From Narcine bancroftii (lineage: Eukaryota), in contig NC_091474.1 of the NCBI RefSeq assembly GCF_036971445.1, positions 178,250,001-178,314,000 on the forward strand: 64,000 nucleotides of DNA, written 5' to 3'. The notes beneath the pieces were generated by a model that worked only from the letters and a program-made list of their open reading frames with translations, was not told the origin of the DNA and made no database searches. Positions within the stretch are counted from its first letter, which is position 1. Each line of letters starts with the position of its first letter. The position numbers and the translations under genes are program-made. Below are positions 12,586-25,813 of the stretch, piece after piece.

Positions 12586-13239
12586 GTGAGTATCAATGAG
12601 ATCTTAGAGTTAATTCTAAAGTACTCCCAACATTTTGGAGAAAATATGATTCACTATTTTTTAAAAATTCTGAATAAACCATTTTTTTTACCCAAACAGA
12701 ATAATCTAGACAGATAGGCATACATGATAGTCTGTTCGGTGATGTGACAAGAGGAATCAGACACTTAAAATAATGAATATCATGAAGAATAAACAGGAAA
12801 ACACATTGTTTTGTTACCATGCTTTTGATTATAATTTGTGAATAATTATCCATTTCTGATTTTTAAGTTATTTTAAAAACATTGAATTTCAAGTGAAATT
12901 ATCTCAACTCTTGCAATAATAGAAGAGAACTTTGATTGTGCAATGCAGAAAGCTGCCATTTGGCTCATCCTATCTATGCCAACTTCCGGCAGCACAATCT
13001 CATCAGTCCCACTCTCCATCTCCTTATTTCTGTTTCCCCACCTCAACTTAATCCCTCTCACAAGCTCCTCAACTCACTTTTGACTCCTTGTCACTTGTAC
13101 TACATACACTAGAGGTAATTTATAGTCTTCAATTAACCTACCAACGCATCTTTAAGACATTTGGAGTAAAGTCATCTTAGTGTGGATGTAAAATGAGCAA
13201 CATGGTTGCAAAATCATAGGGGAAAAAAATCAGGCTGGT

Positions 13240-13560
13240 CCAACATGTAGTTAAAAAGAAAAGCTGCAAGTTGGCCTTTATTGCAAATGGGTTGGTTTCA
13301 AAGTAGAAAGATTTTGATACTGTTGCTTAGGGTGTTGATAGGGCCATACCTAGAATACTATGTGCACTTCAGTTCCCCTTACCTAAAATGGATATAGTAG
13401 CATTCGAGGTAGTCCAAAAGAGATTCAACAGGCTAATTCCTTGGAAGGGAGGGTTTAACTATCAAATGAGATTGGATAGTTTGGGTCTGTATTCTTTGGA
13501 GCGTAGATGAATGAGGGGTAATTTTATTCAAAAATATGAGATCTGAAGGGGCTTCCCACA
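13240..13560 (+). mobile_element. CR1 fragment
   Basis: LIGPYLEYYVHF...EVVQKRFNRLIP. Confidence 0.65.
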
Positions 13561-14789
13561 GCAAATAAGAGGTAAATAAAGAAATCTGCAGATGCTGGGG
13601 TCTAGTTTGGGGATCAAAACTTCGACTGATTTTTGCTTTCTATGACCTGCTAAATTTCTTCAGCCCTTTACTTCACAGGACAGATGTTGAGATGTTCAGA
13701 TGTTGTAAGCTACCTGACCTATTGAATCCCTCCAGCCTCTCAATGTTCACTCAGGTTTCCAGCATCTGCAGCCTGTCTGTTTTTCTTTCTGTGGCGGCCT
13801 GGCTTCAGATTAACCAAGATATGACACCCAAGAATAGTACAAAAAAATACTCTTTCAAGTAATAGTTAGATACTCATGAGACTCAAAATGTTAATTCGCC
13901 CATACACAAACAGTTGCCAAATATCATTATTCATATAAAATCCAACCGATTTCTTGCAAGTGGGTCTCAAGGCTCAACATTTTCCTGGGAAATGCATTGA
14001 GCAGTTACACAAACTTTGATTTGTGAGGAGGCCAAAAATCAGCTTGTGCATATCAAAGCATTACTGAACTCTGCACTTCAATGTTTCAATCCAATTGTGT
14101 TTAAGTCAGCAGAATGGAATCATTCTGTATCTGAAATTGCATCTCTGTCATATTTGAGCTACAAACGGTGGGGGGGGGAGTAATTTATCAATTCATGGCA
14201 ATTTTTTTAAAACTCTGTACTGGCATATTTGTAGAAACCTTTCAAGAAGCAACCATAAGATAACTTGAAAGAATTGTGGTGGATCTGAATCATGTGTTTT
14301 TTAAATAAGAGTGTGATTCCGCACCACATAAGGAATTATCACAAAGTTAAGGGCCAGGGATTTCAGGGAAAGTTGAAAATAAACAGATTTCTTGGATTGA
14401 TAAAACATGGTGCTGCAGATTGGTTAATGTTGAGGTCATAATTATTTTTTTCTAAATAGGAGGTTGATATTTTTTAATATGTAGATCTTAAAAGGGGTAG
14501 AAATCAAGGGTATCAAATAAATCTTTAACTCTTACAATCCTATTTCTACAATGTTAAGAAATCATCTTTCGCCAACCAGACTCCTACTCCTGTTCTCCAC
14601 CACATTCATCTTCTTGGGTACCAGCCCCTGAATCTCATTACTTTGAACTATGTTTCTTTTATTTTAAGATTTACTATACCATTCCTTAACAGGAATTGCC
14701 ATGTTGCAATGTGATGGTGAACTTTGTTAAATGAGAATATGGAACATAAAATCTGAATTTGCATTTCTTTAGAATGTAAAAGAGCCATA

Positions 14790-15120
14790 GAATCATAGAG
14801 CATTACAGCACAGAACAAGGCCTTTCCACCTCATCCCATCAACCTGCATTTGATCTATATCCGTCCATTTTCCTTCCATTCATGTACCTATACAAATTTT
14901 CTCTTAAATGTCGATATTGAACCCGCATCCAATCTTTCTATGGAAACACATTCCACACTCTCACGACCCTCTGATTGAAGAAGATCACCCTTATGTTCCA
15001 CTTAAATATTTCACCTTTCACTCTTAACCCATATCCTCCAGTTCTTGTCTTATCCAACCTCAGTAGAAAAGGCCTGCTGGCATTTACCCTATCTATCAAC
15101 CTGGTAATTTTGTAAACCAC
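14790..15120 (-). mobile_element. CR1 3' end fragment
   Basis: VYKITRLIDRVN...FFNQRVVRVWN ORF plus catagaatcatag tail. Confidence 0.8.
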
Positions 15121-15567
15121 TCACAATCTCTGGCATATTTTATAAAAAATTATAAACACATATAATAACATGCATATTTACTTGATGATTATTATCATAT
15201 TATCAGGGACAATTTAAAAAAATATCATTATACTCAATTTATTTATCTAATAATTAACTGACTTGAGGTTGTAAAAATAATTCAGATATGTTTCTGAATC
15301 TCAGGATTAGCTCAGTGTTACATGTCACAAGTTGATGAATTTTAAGACAGAAAACAAAGTACTCAAGTTCAAAATCAGTGCAATTAGAATTAATGGTGAA
15401 ATTTTAATCGAAATTCCAGACTGAAATTTTATATGACATCCTATTTATACATTGTAAACCATGTTGAATATATTGCTCCTGTCGAATTTGACATGACAAA
15501 GATAATATCACAGGTAGTGAAAAAAGCACACATGTATCTTAGTGTACATTTATAAATCATTTTTCAG

Positions 15568-15701
15568 CCTGATATCTTCACTCTTGCATTGGATAATGGT
15601 GGTGTAATTTTCAAAGTTAAAGATACAACAATGCGATCTACAATGAACCAATATAATGATGGACATAATCATTTTCTCAGAGCGACTGTCACACCATCAA
15701 G
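15568..15701 (+). CDS. LAMA4: LAMA4 exon 8/18 (LG3)
   Basis: cag|CCT...AG|gtgag; PDIFTLALDNGGVIFKVKD...QYNDGHNHFLRATVTPS. Confidence 0.95.
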
Positions 15702-18700
15702 GTGAGTATCCTCTGCATACTTAGCAAAGTAATGAAAGGTGTTGTCAACTGTGCTACCAAATGATACAATGACATTTATTGTATGTCACATATTGCCTCT
15801 GTACCTGGTGAATCATCCTCCTGAACAACTACAGCCCTTCCAGTAAAGCTTCCAGTGAAAATCTCATTTATATATTGCTGGGGTTTCATCAGGATTACTC
15901 AACTATAAACTTTCCATCATGAAGTCAGAAAGTGAGGATGTTCACAAGTGTTTGTGCCAATGTTCAATTCCATTCACAACTCTTCAGCTAATGAAGCAAT
16001 TAATTCCTCCCTCCATGCTGCAAGCAGGTACTGATGGGGCAAGTCATATCCAGCCCACATAGTACTATATCATGACCATCTCCAACAAGAGCAAGACCAA
16101 TCATCTCCCTTCTCATTCAATGGCATCATCATTAGTTAATCCACTACTATCAATTTATGGGGGGGGGGGGTGAGGGGGGGGGTTACCATTGATCAGAATT
16201 TCAACTATATCAACCATCAAGATTCAATGTTGCTCTATCATCATGTTCATAAATACTCAAAATTTGCTTATGTATGTTTGCCATAAAAATACACAAAGAG
16301 GCACCACTAGCCTGGCACTCTGGCCAATTAGAGAAAGAGAAGCAAGAGAGTCCTGTCAGAAACACTTGCACTCCCATAATCTCTGTAACCACACAGTCTC
16401 CTTCTCATTCCAGTTCCAAGCTTTCAATATGATCAGGAAGCTGATAACACCCAAGGCCCTTCAGGAGCATTGCTCACCATCAGCACCCTCACAAATCCCG
16501 GCCCTGGTATCTGGTTCTCAAGAGCTAGACACTGGCAGCCCACAGCCTGGTGTGAGACGCTTGGTATCCCGAGCTCCTTGCTGGTCCTCTACTATAATTA
16601 CCTTCCATGTAGGATCCTCTCCCAGGCTTCTCCTTGTTGCTGGGAGATGAAGGGGGTGTTCTCTGACTCTGATGCCTCATGCTAGTCCATTGAATCCCTT
16701 GAAGCCCGCAACCCGTGTGGTCTGCTGCCAACCATGGGCACTGCCATTCTAGGCACATACCTCCATGGTTTGGCTGATGTAAAGCATCACCAGCTCCTAC
16801 TACAGTCATGTAAAACATGTACTGTGCTGTCAGCATCATGACTTCACAGAAGGACCCTGTGGAGGAGTTCGGTCTCCACACCTTGCTTTCCCAGGTTTGC
16901 ACCAGCAGCAGCGCTGTTGTAACTGCATTATAGCTTATGAATAACATGGCTGCAGGAGATCGTCAGGAACTCAGTATCATCCAGCATTTGGACTGACTTT
17001 CTTTGGCCTGGGAATCAACATATGGCTCATATTTCAAAGACCATATATTGTCACTCAAAAGCCTTCGCACTGTTTTCAAGGTTTAAATCAGAATTGTGAC
17101 TAAATTGGATGCGTGCATTTCCAACAATAATCAAAGCACTCAATTCTACTCGGGTCAAAGTAGTCTATCTTATTGATGCCCTGTCTATCTCCTTGAGCAT
17201 TCCTTCCCTCCACCACTGTCACACCATTGCTGCAGTGTCTACCATTTGCAAAACATTCTGCACAAAATTGGCTTGGCAACTCTGATGGCTTCTCTCAAAT
17301 ACTTGATCACTGCTTCCATGAAGCATAAATGTAGCAAGCACATAGGAATACAGTTGCTTGAAAGCTCCCTGTTAATCACACATGATCCTGCAATGGAAGG
17401 AAATCAGCATTCCTTCATCATTGCAATTAATTCATGAATCTCTTGCCCCAGCAGTGTAGTGGTAGTGCTTTCATCAGAGGTTTGGCAGCAGTCCAAGGTG
17501 CTGGCTTACCATCAGCTTCCCATATGCGGTCAGCGGTGGGGACCAAATATTAGCCCTGCCAATGAAGACCTCATCCTGAACAGTGAATAAATAAAACATT
17601 CTCATTAATATTTGATCAAGGGTTAGTTCTAACAAAATGTTAAGCACAAAAAACTTGATCGCTGTTTCAAAATGAAAAATGAACTGTGTTGGGACCAGTC
17701 AGTCAAAGGTCCAGCTCTGGATGGATGTTCAAGTCCATTGCTCATGCACACATTTGTTGGTTTTGATTTACAGCTCTAGTAGCCTCAAGAGAAAGAATAA
17801 AAGTTCACATTGTTAAAATCTTTCATTTCAACTGTTCCTGTTTTCAGAACACAGAACAATCTTAACTTTATTCTCCTCACAATCTTTTATTCTCTTATAA
17901 TCTTACCCATAGGAAATTAAAACTGATGACTTTAACAAATACAACCAGATGGCAGTCCCAGTCCTCTCTAACTAAATCTATATTCTCATGTTATTTTGGT
18001 CAACAAAGAGCAAGGGTGTTCCCAGTGAGACAACTGATAGCAATTGGTAAGCATGTCTTAGAACTCACGAAAATATTTTCCTCAATGACGCTAATTTAAC
18101 TTCTCCATGAACAACCTGGAAGAATGAATCACTGGGGTTTCTGGCCAATTCTTCAGCTGGACTGTGATTCTCATCCTTGAAAGCCCCACTTCTGACTCCC
18201 TTCTCAACCTAGCCCTGTGGGATACCTATTGCCTATTTCATCTGTGACTTCCTCATAAAAATGTTGTAAATGGAGTGAAATAGATCCTCAAGGAGTGTTC
18301 TTATTTTATTCAATTGGGAACAATTATCCAATCTCAATTTTGACAGAAGTGGTGATGAGTCCATAAAATGTGGCAACTGCTCTGAAACAATCTAGCCATG
18401 TTGTTCCACTCTCTACAATTAATTTACTAAAGAGCCTGGTCACTTCATCATGGCTTGGCTTTGAAGCTTTATTTTGTGGCCTTTTCACAGCACCATTGGC
18501 AGGATTCTCTATTTATACTGGCAGGCTCTCTTGACAGGAGAATACTCCTTGCCAGCTGTTGGCACATAAAGATGAGGGTGAATAGTGAAGATTGGGTACA
18601 CATATTGAACACACATATTTTCAGGCTGGAGCTAACCTACGAATGGAGGAATGTGACCAACTATGACAGCAGGAAGTTCCAGTTAGATTAAAGCTTTGGC

Positions 18701-19402
18701 AAATGTGGCAATTCATCAGGCAGAATCATATTTTTAACTGGACTTTTATGATTCCTCGAGGCAAATTATTTGAACCCCACATGTTGATGCAAAAGCTTCC
18801 TCTAAAATTTCTTCTGTGAATCATGTGCATTTTACTGGTAATTCCACATAATTCAGTTTCATTTGGATCTTCTCAGATTATGAAATTATATTTACCTGTT
18901 GCCAGCAAGACCTAATGATATTGTCTAATAAGTCACAAATAATATGTGTGCAAACTAAGTGTTAAGGAATGAGCATCTCTCCAATAGATAATCTAATTAG
19001 CTGCACTAGTTATTTAATTGCTGTTATCATTGAATATTCACCGATGATCACTGAGCACAAATGTAAATCAAAGCTGTGATTGTAAAAGCAGGTCAGAGAC
19101 TGATATCCTGTGGCGGGTGAATCAACAATTGAAGCCTTTGATCATCTGCAAGACATACAAGGATTGTGTTGGAATACTTTCCACTTGCTTGGATGACAAT
19201 AAGACTAAAGTATTCAAATAGTGTGACAATATTCAACCCATTCAATTGACACCCTATCTACCAGCATAAATATTCATTCCTTCCATATCTGGCACATAAT
19301 GGCTGCAGTGTGTATGAGCTACAAGATGAACTGCTGCAATTAACGAGGGCTTCTTCAATAGCATCTGCCAAAAACCTATTTCCTTTTTCTTCTTTTCTTC
19401 AG

Positions 19403-19555
19403 TTGCCAGTTAATAGTAGATGATAAAGACTCAACAACAAAAGCTTGCTCCTCAAGAAAACCAGGCCAAACCAAAGGAAAATTCTACTTTGGAGGTTCCC
19501 GGTACAGCCAACATGCCAACTTCACAGGTTGCATAAACAATGCTTATCTGAGCAG
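19403..19555 (+). CDS. LAMA4: LAMA4 exon 9/18 (LG3)
   Basis: long polypyrimidine tract, cag|T...AG|gtagg; CQLIVDDKD...KFYFGGSRYSQHANFTGCINNAYLS. Confidence 0.95.
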
Positions 19556-20072
19556 GTAGGATGTTTTCTACTTATCTTGCATAGTTGTGGTAAAAAAAAT
19601 GGAAAGTGTATTTTTTTCATATATTCCTATACACCATAGAAGGAGTCCATTTAGTCCATCGGGTCTTTGTTAGTAAAAAGAAAATGCTCAGTTCCCCAGT
19701 AATTTACCCCTAATTCCCATCTACTCCCCTAAATTATACGACCAACTAGTCATAAGATAAACTTGGAGTGGCCAATTATCTAATCAATCTGCTTGTCTTT
19801 GGGATGTGAAAGGAAATCAGAATACATGAAGGAAAGCACATATAGTCACAAGGAGAAAGGACAAACACTACATAGAGTTATAAGTGTGGAAAGAAAAAAA
19901 AATGAATATTGTCAAAAAAATTCCCACCAAAACAAAACAAAATTTATATCAGAGCAGAGGTCTGGGAAGTAACTTGAGGCCTTCAGCTGATACCCCCCCC
20001 CCCCCACCCCCCCCATTACCAGCAATAGTTCTTAGTTTATTATGGTTGGTCTACAGTAAGTAAAGGACTTTT

Positions 20073-20905
20073 CAGTGGTTTTCAAACTTTTTCTATCCAC
20101 TTACATATAATCTTAAATAATCCCTATGCCAGAAGTGCTCTATGATTGGTAAAAGATTGCTTAAGATAGTATGTGAGTGGGAAGGGAAGGTTGAGAATTA
20201 CTGCTCTAGACCCAATTGTTACTGAAATATTTTGCTTGAGTAAAATTGCCATTGGCCCATTTCCTTTGGAATTATGAAACTGTGCACATAACGAGTCAAT
20301 TCGATACGATTAAAACAGTGGTTTTCAAACTTTTTCTATCCACTTACATACAATCTTAAATAATCCCTAAGCCAGAAGTGCTCTGTGATTAGTAAAGGAT
20401 TGTTTAAGATAGTATGTGAGTGGGAAGGGAAGGTTGAGTATTACTGCTCTAGACCCAATTGTTACTGAAATATTTTGCTTGAGTAAAATTGCCATTGGCC
20501 CATTTCCTTTGGGATTATGAAACTGTGCACATAACGAGTCAATTTGATATGATTAAAACAGTGGTTTTCAAACTTTTTCTATCCACTTACATACAATCTT
20601 AAATAATCCCTATGCCAGAAGTGCTCTGTGATTAGTAAAGGATTGTTTAAGATAGTATGCGAGTGGGAAGGGAAGGTTGAGTATTACTGCTCTAGACCCA
20701 ATTGTTACTGAAATATTTTGCTTGAGTAAAATTGCCATTGGCCCATTTCCTTTGGGATTATGAAACTGTGCACATAATGAGTCAATTCGATACGATTAAA
20801 ACAGTGGTTTTCAAACTTTTTCTTTCCACCCACATATCACCTTAAGCAATCCCTTACTAATCACAGAGCACCTGTAAGTGGAAAGAAAAAGTTTGAAAGC
20901 CACTA
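20073..20905. repeat. Tandem array of 243-bp units built from an hAT(Charlie)-like MITE
   Basis: CAGTGGTTTTCAAACTTTTT starts at 20073, 20316, 20559 and 20802; closing TIR AAAAAGTTTGAAAGCCACT at about 20886-20904. Confidence 0.92.
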
Positions 20906-21277
20906 ACTTAGATGGCCTATGAATGAAAAAAGCTTTAGAACCTGACTCTATAGGATTTAAGACATGTCGAGTTATAATATTAATGAATAAACAAAAACTA
21001 TCAAGTTGCACAAAAATCTATGAAATGGGAAAATAACAAAAATATTATAATATATAAATCAGCACCAACAGAAGTTACCAAATGTAACAAAAAAAAGATT
21101 AATCTCACAACCTCGTGAGATTCCGAAAGGGGCAGAGTCTTTTCATTCCCTCATAACATGACTTCTTTATTGAATGTGAAATGATTTCCATTAGGGGTGT
21201 GCAATAACTTGAACAAATTTAGCAAGCATATTGTGAATTGAAACAGATATTTTATGTTCCTTCCACAAATGTAACAG

Positions 21278-21431
21278 ACTTGACAAGGATATTGAAGTGG
21301 AAGATTTCCAGACATTCACTGAGAAAGTACAAGCCTCCCTACAAGGCTGCCCAGTCGAAACTCTGCCAGCTGCAATTTTTCATAAACATGAAAAGAACTT
21401 TGCAAAAGCTAAGAGAGGGCGCAATAGAAAG
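21278..21431 (+). CDS. LAMA4: LAMA4 exon 10/18 (end of LG3 and linker)
   Basis: cag|A...AAG|gtaac; LDKDIEVEDFQTFTEKVQASLQGCPVE...KAKRGRNRK (human VDRDVEVEDFQRYTEKV). Confidence 0.93.
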
Positions 21432-22904
21432 GTAACCAATTTCTGAAACTTTGAATTTGATAGCAATGTTTATTTGCGAGGGATAGAAGCTACCTTTATT
21501 GGTTGTTTCAGTGATGTTGATCCATAATTTTCTCTTCCACGATAGATGAAAAGAGCAGAAACAGTACTTGGCATCTTGTATTCAGCTGTGGATTTAAAAC
21601 AGTTGTTATCAAAATTGTATATCTTTATTGCTAACCTCTTTGCTTCCTCATTTACCAAATAGATATTTGAAATTTATGTTCAAAATATACAAATTAAGAA
21701 TATTTGAATGTTCATTAACAATGTTTGAAACAATGTAGCAATACTGAAGTTAGCAATCTAAATATGAAGACATTAAACTGAAATCAGTGATCTTCTGAAA
21801 GTAATAGATAAAAAACTTCAAAAGAACGTGAATATTTCTCTGAACATTTCATAACATGAAAGCGCATATAGTTGGGTGAATCAGATAGACAAAAAATGAT
21901 GTAAATTTACTGTTCTTTTACAAGAAGGAAACGGAAATGCTATTGGTAGGAACCACACACATAGCTTGGCAGGAATGAAGAAGTACCATGATTAAATTGA
22001 CTGCAGTTAAGACTGGTCAGTGAACTGGAATTCACTGTTCATGTATTATTCTGATGGCTGGCTCTACCCTTAACTATCCCAATATGAATCCTGGTTTTCC
22101 CACCTTACCTTAGATTCACCTGAGGACTATTGTGTCTACCAGCCATTGATTGTCAGCTATTAAAAGCATATTTGTACTCCTCACTTGTCTCTGAGTGCAA
22201 TCTGTTGTTACAGCCCAATAACAGGTTTTCTCAGGACTCTGATGGTGCCAAATTGGTTGATTTTGCAGACTATTGGGTGATGATAAATACTGTCAAACCA
22301 GAAAAATATGAATGGAATTCAGAAAATGGGGCTTGTGTTCAGGGATGGACTGCAAGAAACCAGTACTCTGGTGAATGCAAGTGACCATGGGACTTGGGAC
22401 TCAGTGAGCAAAAAAAGAGAGTGAAGGAACTAGGTCCACAGTAAGTGGGAAATGAGCATAAGAACCAGGGTCTTGATGAATGAGAAGAAAGTACAGGAAT
22501 TAAGATATCACCAAGTTGAAAGGAAGCAAGGGAACCTGGGTTCCAGCAAGTCAGAAGCTGAGTGAGAAAGGAGAAAGACAAACATTGCATGGTGCCAAAT
22601 CATTTGATTATCAGACCCTTACAGTACACATTTTGCCTTTTGCATCTCTAGCCATTAGATCACCTGACCACAGAACAAATATGAGATGAATACATACAGG
22701 TAAGTCGTAAACTACTGATCTGTTACACTATGATGGTGATCTCTTGAAAAGACTGGATAACATCAGGATGCACATCACCACCTTTTAGACCTGACTGTGG
22801 CTCATGGGATGATGGTTCACCATATGGGAATGTAGTATGCAAAATCAGCTGCCTTTCTGACCTGATGAGCCTCCATGCCAATAGCAGTTTCACAAAATTA
22901 TAGA

Positions 22905-23360
22905 TAGAATCAGAATTTATTGTCATGAACAAGTGACAAAATTTGTTGTATCATGGTAGCCTCACAGTGCAATCATTCGGATAAACCACCTTATAAAAAT
23001 AGTGCATGAAAAGTCAAAGTAAGGCAGTGTCTTTTGTTCATTGATCATTCAGGAATCTGATAGCAGAGGGGAAGAAACTGTCCTTGTGCCATTGAGTGCT
23101 CGTCTTCAGGCTCCTGTACCTTTTTCCCAATGGTAACAGAGTGAAGAGGGCATGGCCTGGGTAATGGGGATCCTTGATGATAAAGGCTGCTTTCTTAAGA
23201 CACCTCCTCTTCCAGATGTCCTTGATGAAGTGAAACCTGGTGTCCATGATGTCGCAGGTCAAGTTTACAATCCTCTGGAGTTTTCTTCTTGTCCTGCGCA
23301 TTGGCACCTCCATACAGACAGTAATTAAACCATCCAGAATGTTCTCCACAGTACACCTGA
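22905..23360 (-). mobile_element. Rex-Babar/L2-like LINE 3' fragment
   Basis: ENILDGLIT...IIKDPHYPGHALFTLLPLGKRYRS...KDSFFPSAIRFLN. Confidence 0.8.
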
Positions 23361-23755
23361 AGATAAGATCATTAATAAAATCTATTAATGCATTCTGACA
23401 AAGGGTCTTGAATTAAAATGTTAACTCTGTTTCTCTTACCATAGATATTGCTTGACTGAATTTTTCCAGCATTTTATCTTTCTATTTCAGATTTTGAGCA
23501 ACTTCAATTTTCTTTTTTGATTTTCAAATCCTCAGCATATTATAGCATCATCATGTTGTATTCTGGCCCTGAAATTCATTGTATTTTGGAGACAGAGCAC
23601 CATTTGTTTACATTACCAAAATGGAATGAATTCTTAAGCACTGTATCTTTGTAAGAAAAGTTAAACTTCACCTCATAGCATATTTCCAGATACAATAAAC
23701 CACTGTCATTGTGCTGTTCTTTTCTGACTGTGTTATTTATATTCTTTTGGGAAAG

Positions 23756-23949
23756 CTGGAAGCAGATAAAGAAGGATTAGAAACACTTCCAATAGCCCGT
23801 GATGCAAAGACTGGAGGAAACAATCTGCATGAAGGTGTATACTGCCATCAAACAAACAATCTCAAAACAGTCTACCAAGCACATCGGTATGGAGGTTTTC
23901 CCAACAGCAGACAGGAGATTAATGGAATGTCTAATTTTTTCAATCGTAG
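23756..23949 (+). CDS. LAMA4: LAMA4 exon 11/18 (LG3-LG4 linker and start of LG4)
   Basis: aag|CTG...AG|gtaag; ...YCHQTNNLKTVYQAHRYGGFPNSRQE (human AYQYGGTANSRQE). Acceptor chosen by phase; the nearby cag gives an early stop. Confidence 0.85.
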
Positions 23950-24479
23950 GTAAGTTCATAATACTGAGATACGTCTGTTTTGAGTGTCATGTGCCAGTAA
24001 TAAAACGTCCAAAGGAAAGTACAAACTTTTGAATCACATTCCTTCAGTATTATGCAAATGACTGTGCCTCCTGTCCTCAGATGCATTCAATGCATCTGGC
24101 CAGTGCAATGGAATGGAAAGTGTTTGGTAACTTTAGCAGATGGATTAGAGTTGAAGTATCACCTGCCTACATTTTTTTCTCTGTTTCTTTATAATGGAAG
24201 AACAGTGAAATACTTATATTTATTTTCATAGATCCATGCCACAATCATGACAAGGGTGTCTGGGTGGTTTACATTGATAACCCTTGGATGTAACCTCATG
24301 CTTTGTCTCTATGAAGGCCAAGGATTCTAGAGCTACAAAATAAAAGGGTTCTTTCTCTATTTCCCTCACTTGCCCACCACTCAACACTTTATATTGCAGT
24401 TCCTGAGTAGACTAAGTGGGAACTCCCTTGTTTCCATGGCCTACCTTAATATGTGAATTCATGCAGTGTAGTACATTAT

Positions 24480-25515
24480 TAGCCCCTCAAAACTAATTAG
24501 CAAACTCTAAGACCTGGGCCTCAATACCCTACTGTGCAATTGGATCCTGGATTGTCTCACCTCCAGACCCCAATCAGTGTAGATTGGCAAAAACATCTCC
24601 TCCATAATCTCCATCAACACCAGTACATCTTGGGGATGTGTACTTAGTCCCCTGCTCCACTCACTTTATAACACCACTAGTGATACAACAGTAGTGGGCT
24701 GCATAAAAGGGGGCAATGAATAAGCAGACAGGAAGGAGATTAAAAAATGACTGAATGGTGTACTAATAACTGCTCATTTGATGTCACCAAGACCTACAAT
24801 GTGGCTGTAGACTTTAGGAAAGGAAAACCAGAGGTATATAATCCTTGGGGAATTAGAGGTGGAGAGGATGAGCAACTTGGTGGTTGTTATCCTGGGGATC
24901 AATATCTCAGAGGATTTGTCCTGGATCCATCATATTAATGTCACTGTGAAGAAAGCATATCAGCACCATTACTTCCTAAGGGGTTTGTGGAGGTTTGGTA
25001 TGTCATCAGGTACTTGGAAAACTTTTACAGATGTGTAATGGAAAGTGTGCTGACTGGCTGCATCATAACCTAGTATGGGTGCACAATACCCTTGAGTGAA
25101 AAATCCTCAAAAAGGTCGTGGAATTGGCCCAGTATATCACCAGCAAAACTCTTCCCACCATCTAATGGAAGATGGCTGTCAAAGAGCGGCAGCAAGTATC
25201 AAGGATTCACACCATCCAGAACATGCTGTGTTTTCTCTGTTGCTATCAGAAAGGAGATACAGGTATCACAAGACCTCCCGGTTCAAGAATCATTGGTACT
25301 GCTCAACTAACTTACTCCTGAACAAAAAAACTCATTCAGAAACTGAATGTTTATATTTCTGTATTTGCGCAGTCCGTTTGTTTACAGTTCTTTCTTACTT
25401 TGTGTAGTTTACAGCAAACGGTAATTAGAAATTCTGCGTGGCCCGCATTAAAAAAATCTCAAGGTTGTATGTAATGTCATGTATGTACTTTGGCAATAAA
25501 CCTGAACTTTGAACA
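24480..25515 (+). mobile_element. Rex-Babar/L2-like LINE, decayed RT 3' half
   Basis: LCNWILDCLTSRPQSV, GCVLSPLL and IKDSHHPEHAVFSLL motifs; aataaacctgaac tail. Confidence 0.8.
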
Positions 25516-25623
25516 AAGGAAATAACATTAAAGATTGAATTGAAATTGCTTCTGTCAATGGAAATAGTAATCTTTTAGTGTGAATTCATCTTATTAAAGG
25601 ATATAATAAATTTGTATTTTCAG

Positions 25624-25813
25624 ATCTCATTTCTCTGTCAATGTGAGAACTCCATCTTCTCATGGACTTGTATTTTATGTGGCTAATAAGGATGAGGATC
25701 ACTTCATGGCACTTTTCATTTCCCGTGGTCATTTTATTTACACATTCAGCAATGGTCATGAGAAACTGAAAATAAAGAGCATTGAGAAATATAATGATGG
25801 TCTCTGGCACAAT
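25624..25813 (+). CDS. LAMA4: LAMA4 exon 12/18 (LG4)
   Basis: cag|A...AAT|gtaag; SHFSVNVRTPSSHGLVFYV...KIKSIEKYNDGLWHN. Confidence 0.95.

Noticed and set aside
16189-16947. 153-aa and 140-aa ORFs in a LAMA4 intron
   Set aside because: No recognisable motifs, non-ATG or weak starts, embedded among decayed LINE fragments; probably repeat-derived
12005-20014. Poly-G and poly-C runs (about 12005, 16159, 19994) as G-quadruplex signals
   Set aside because: Simple homopolymers in or next to repeats, with no evidence of function
20073-20905. Regularly spaced palindromic repeats resembling a CRISPR array
   Set aside because: Spacers are near-identical, the period is 243 bp, the host is a vertebrate and there are no cas genes
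21405-21431. Furin site in the LG3-LG4 linker (KAKRGRNRK)
   Set aside because: It is a basic cluster but lacks canonical R-X-X-R spacing, so I cannot claim a furin site
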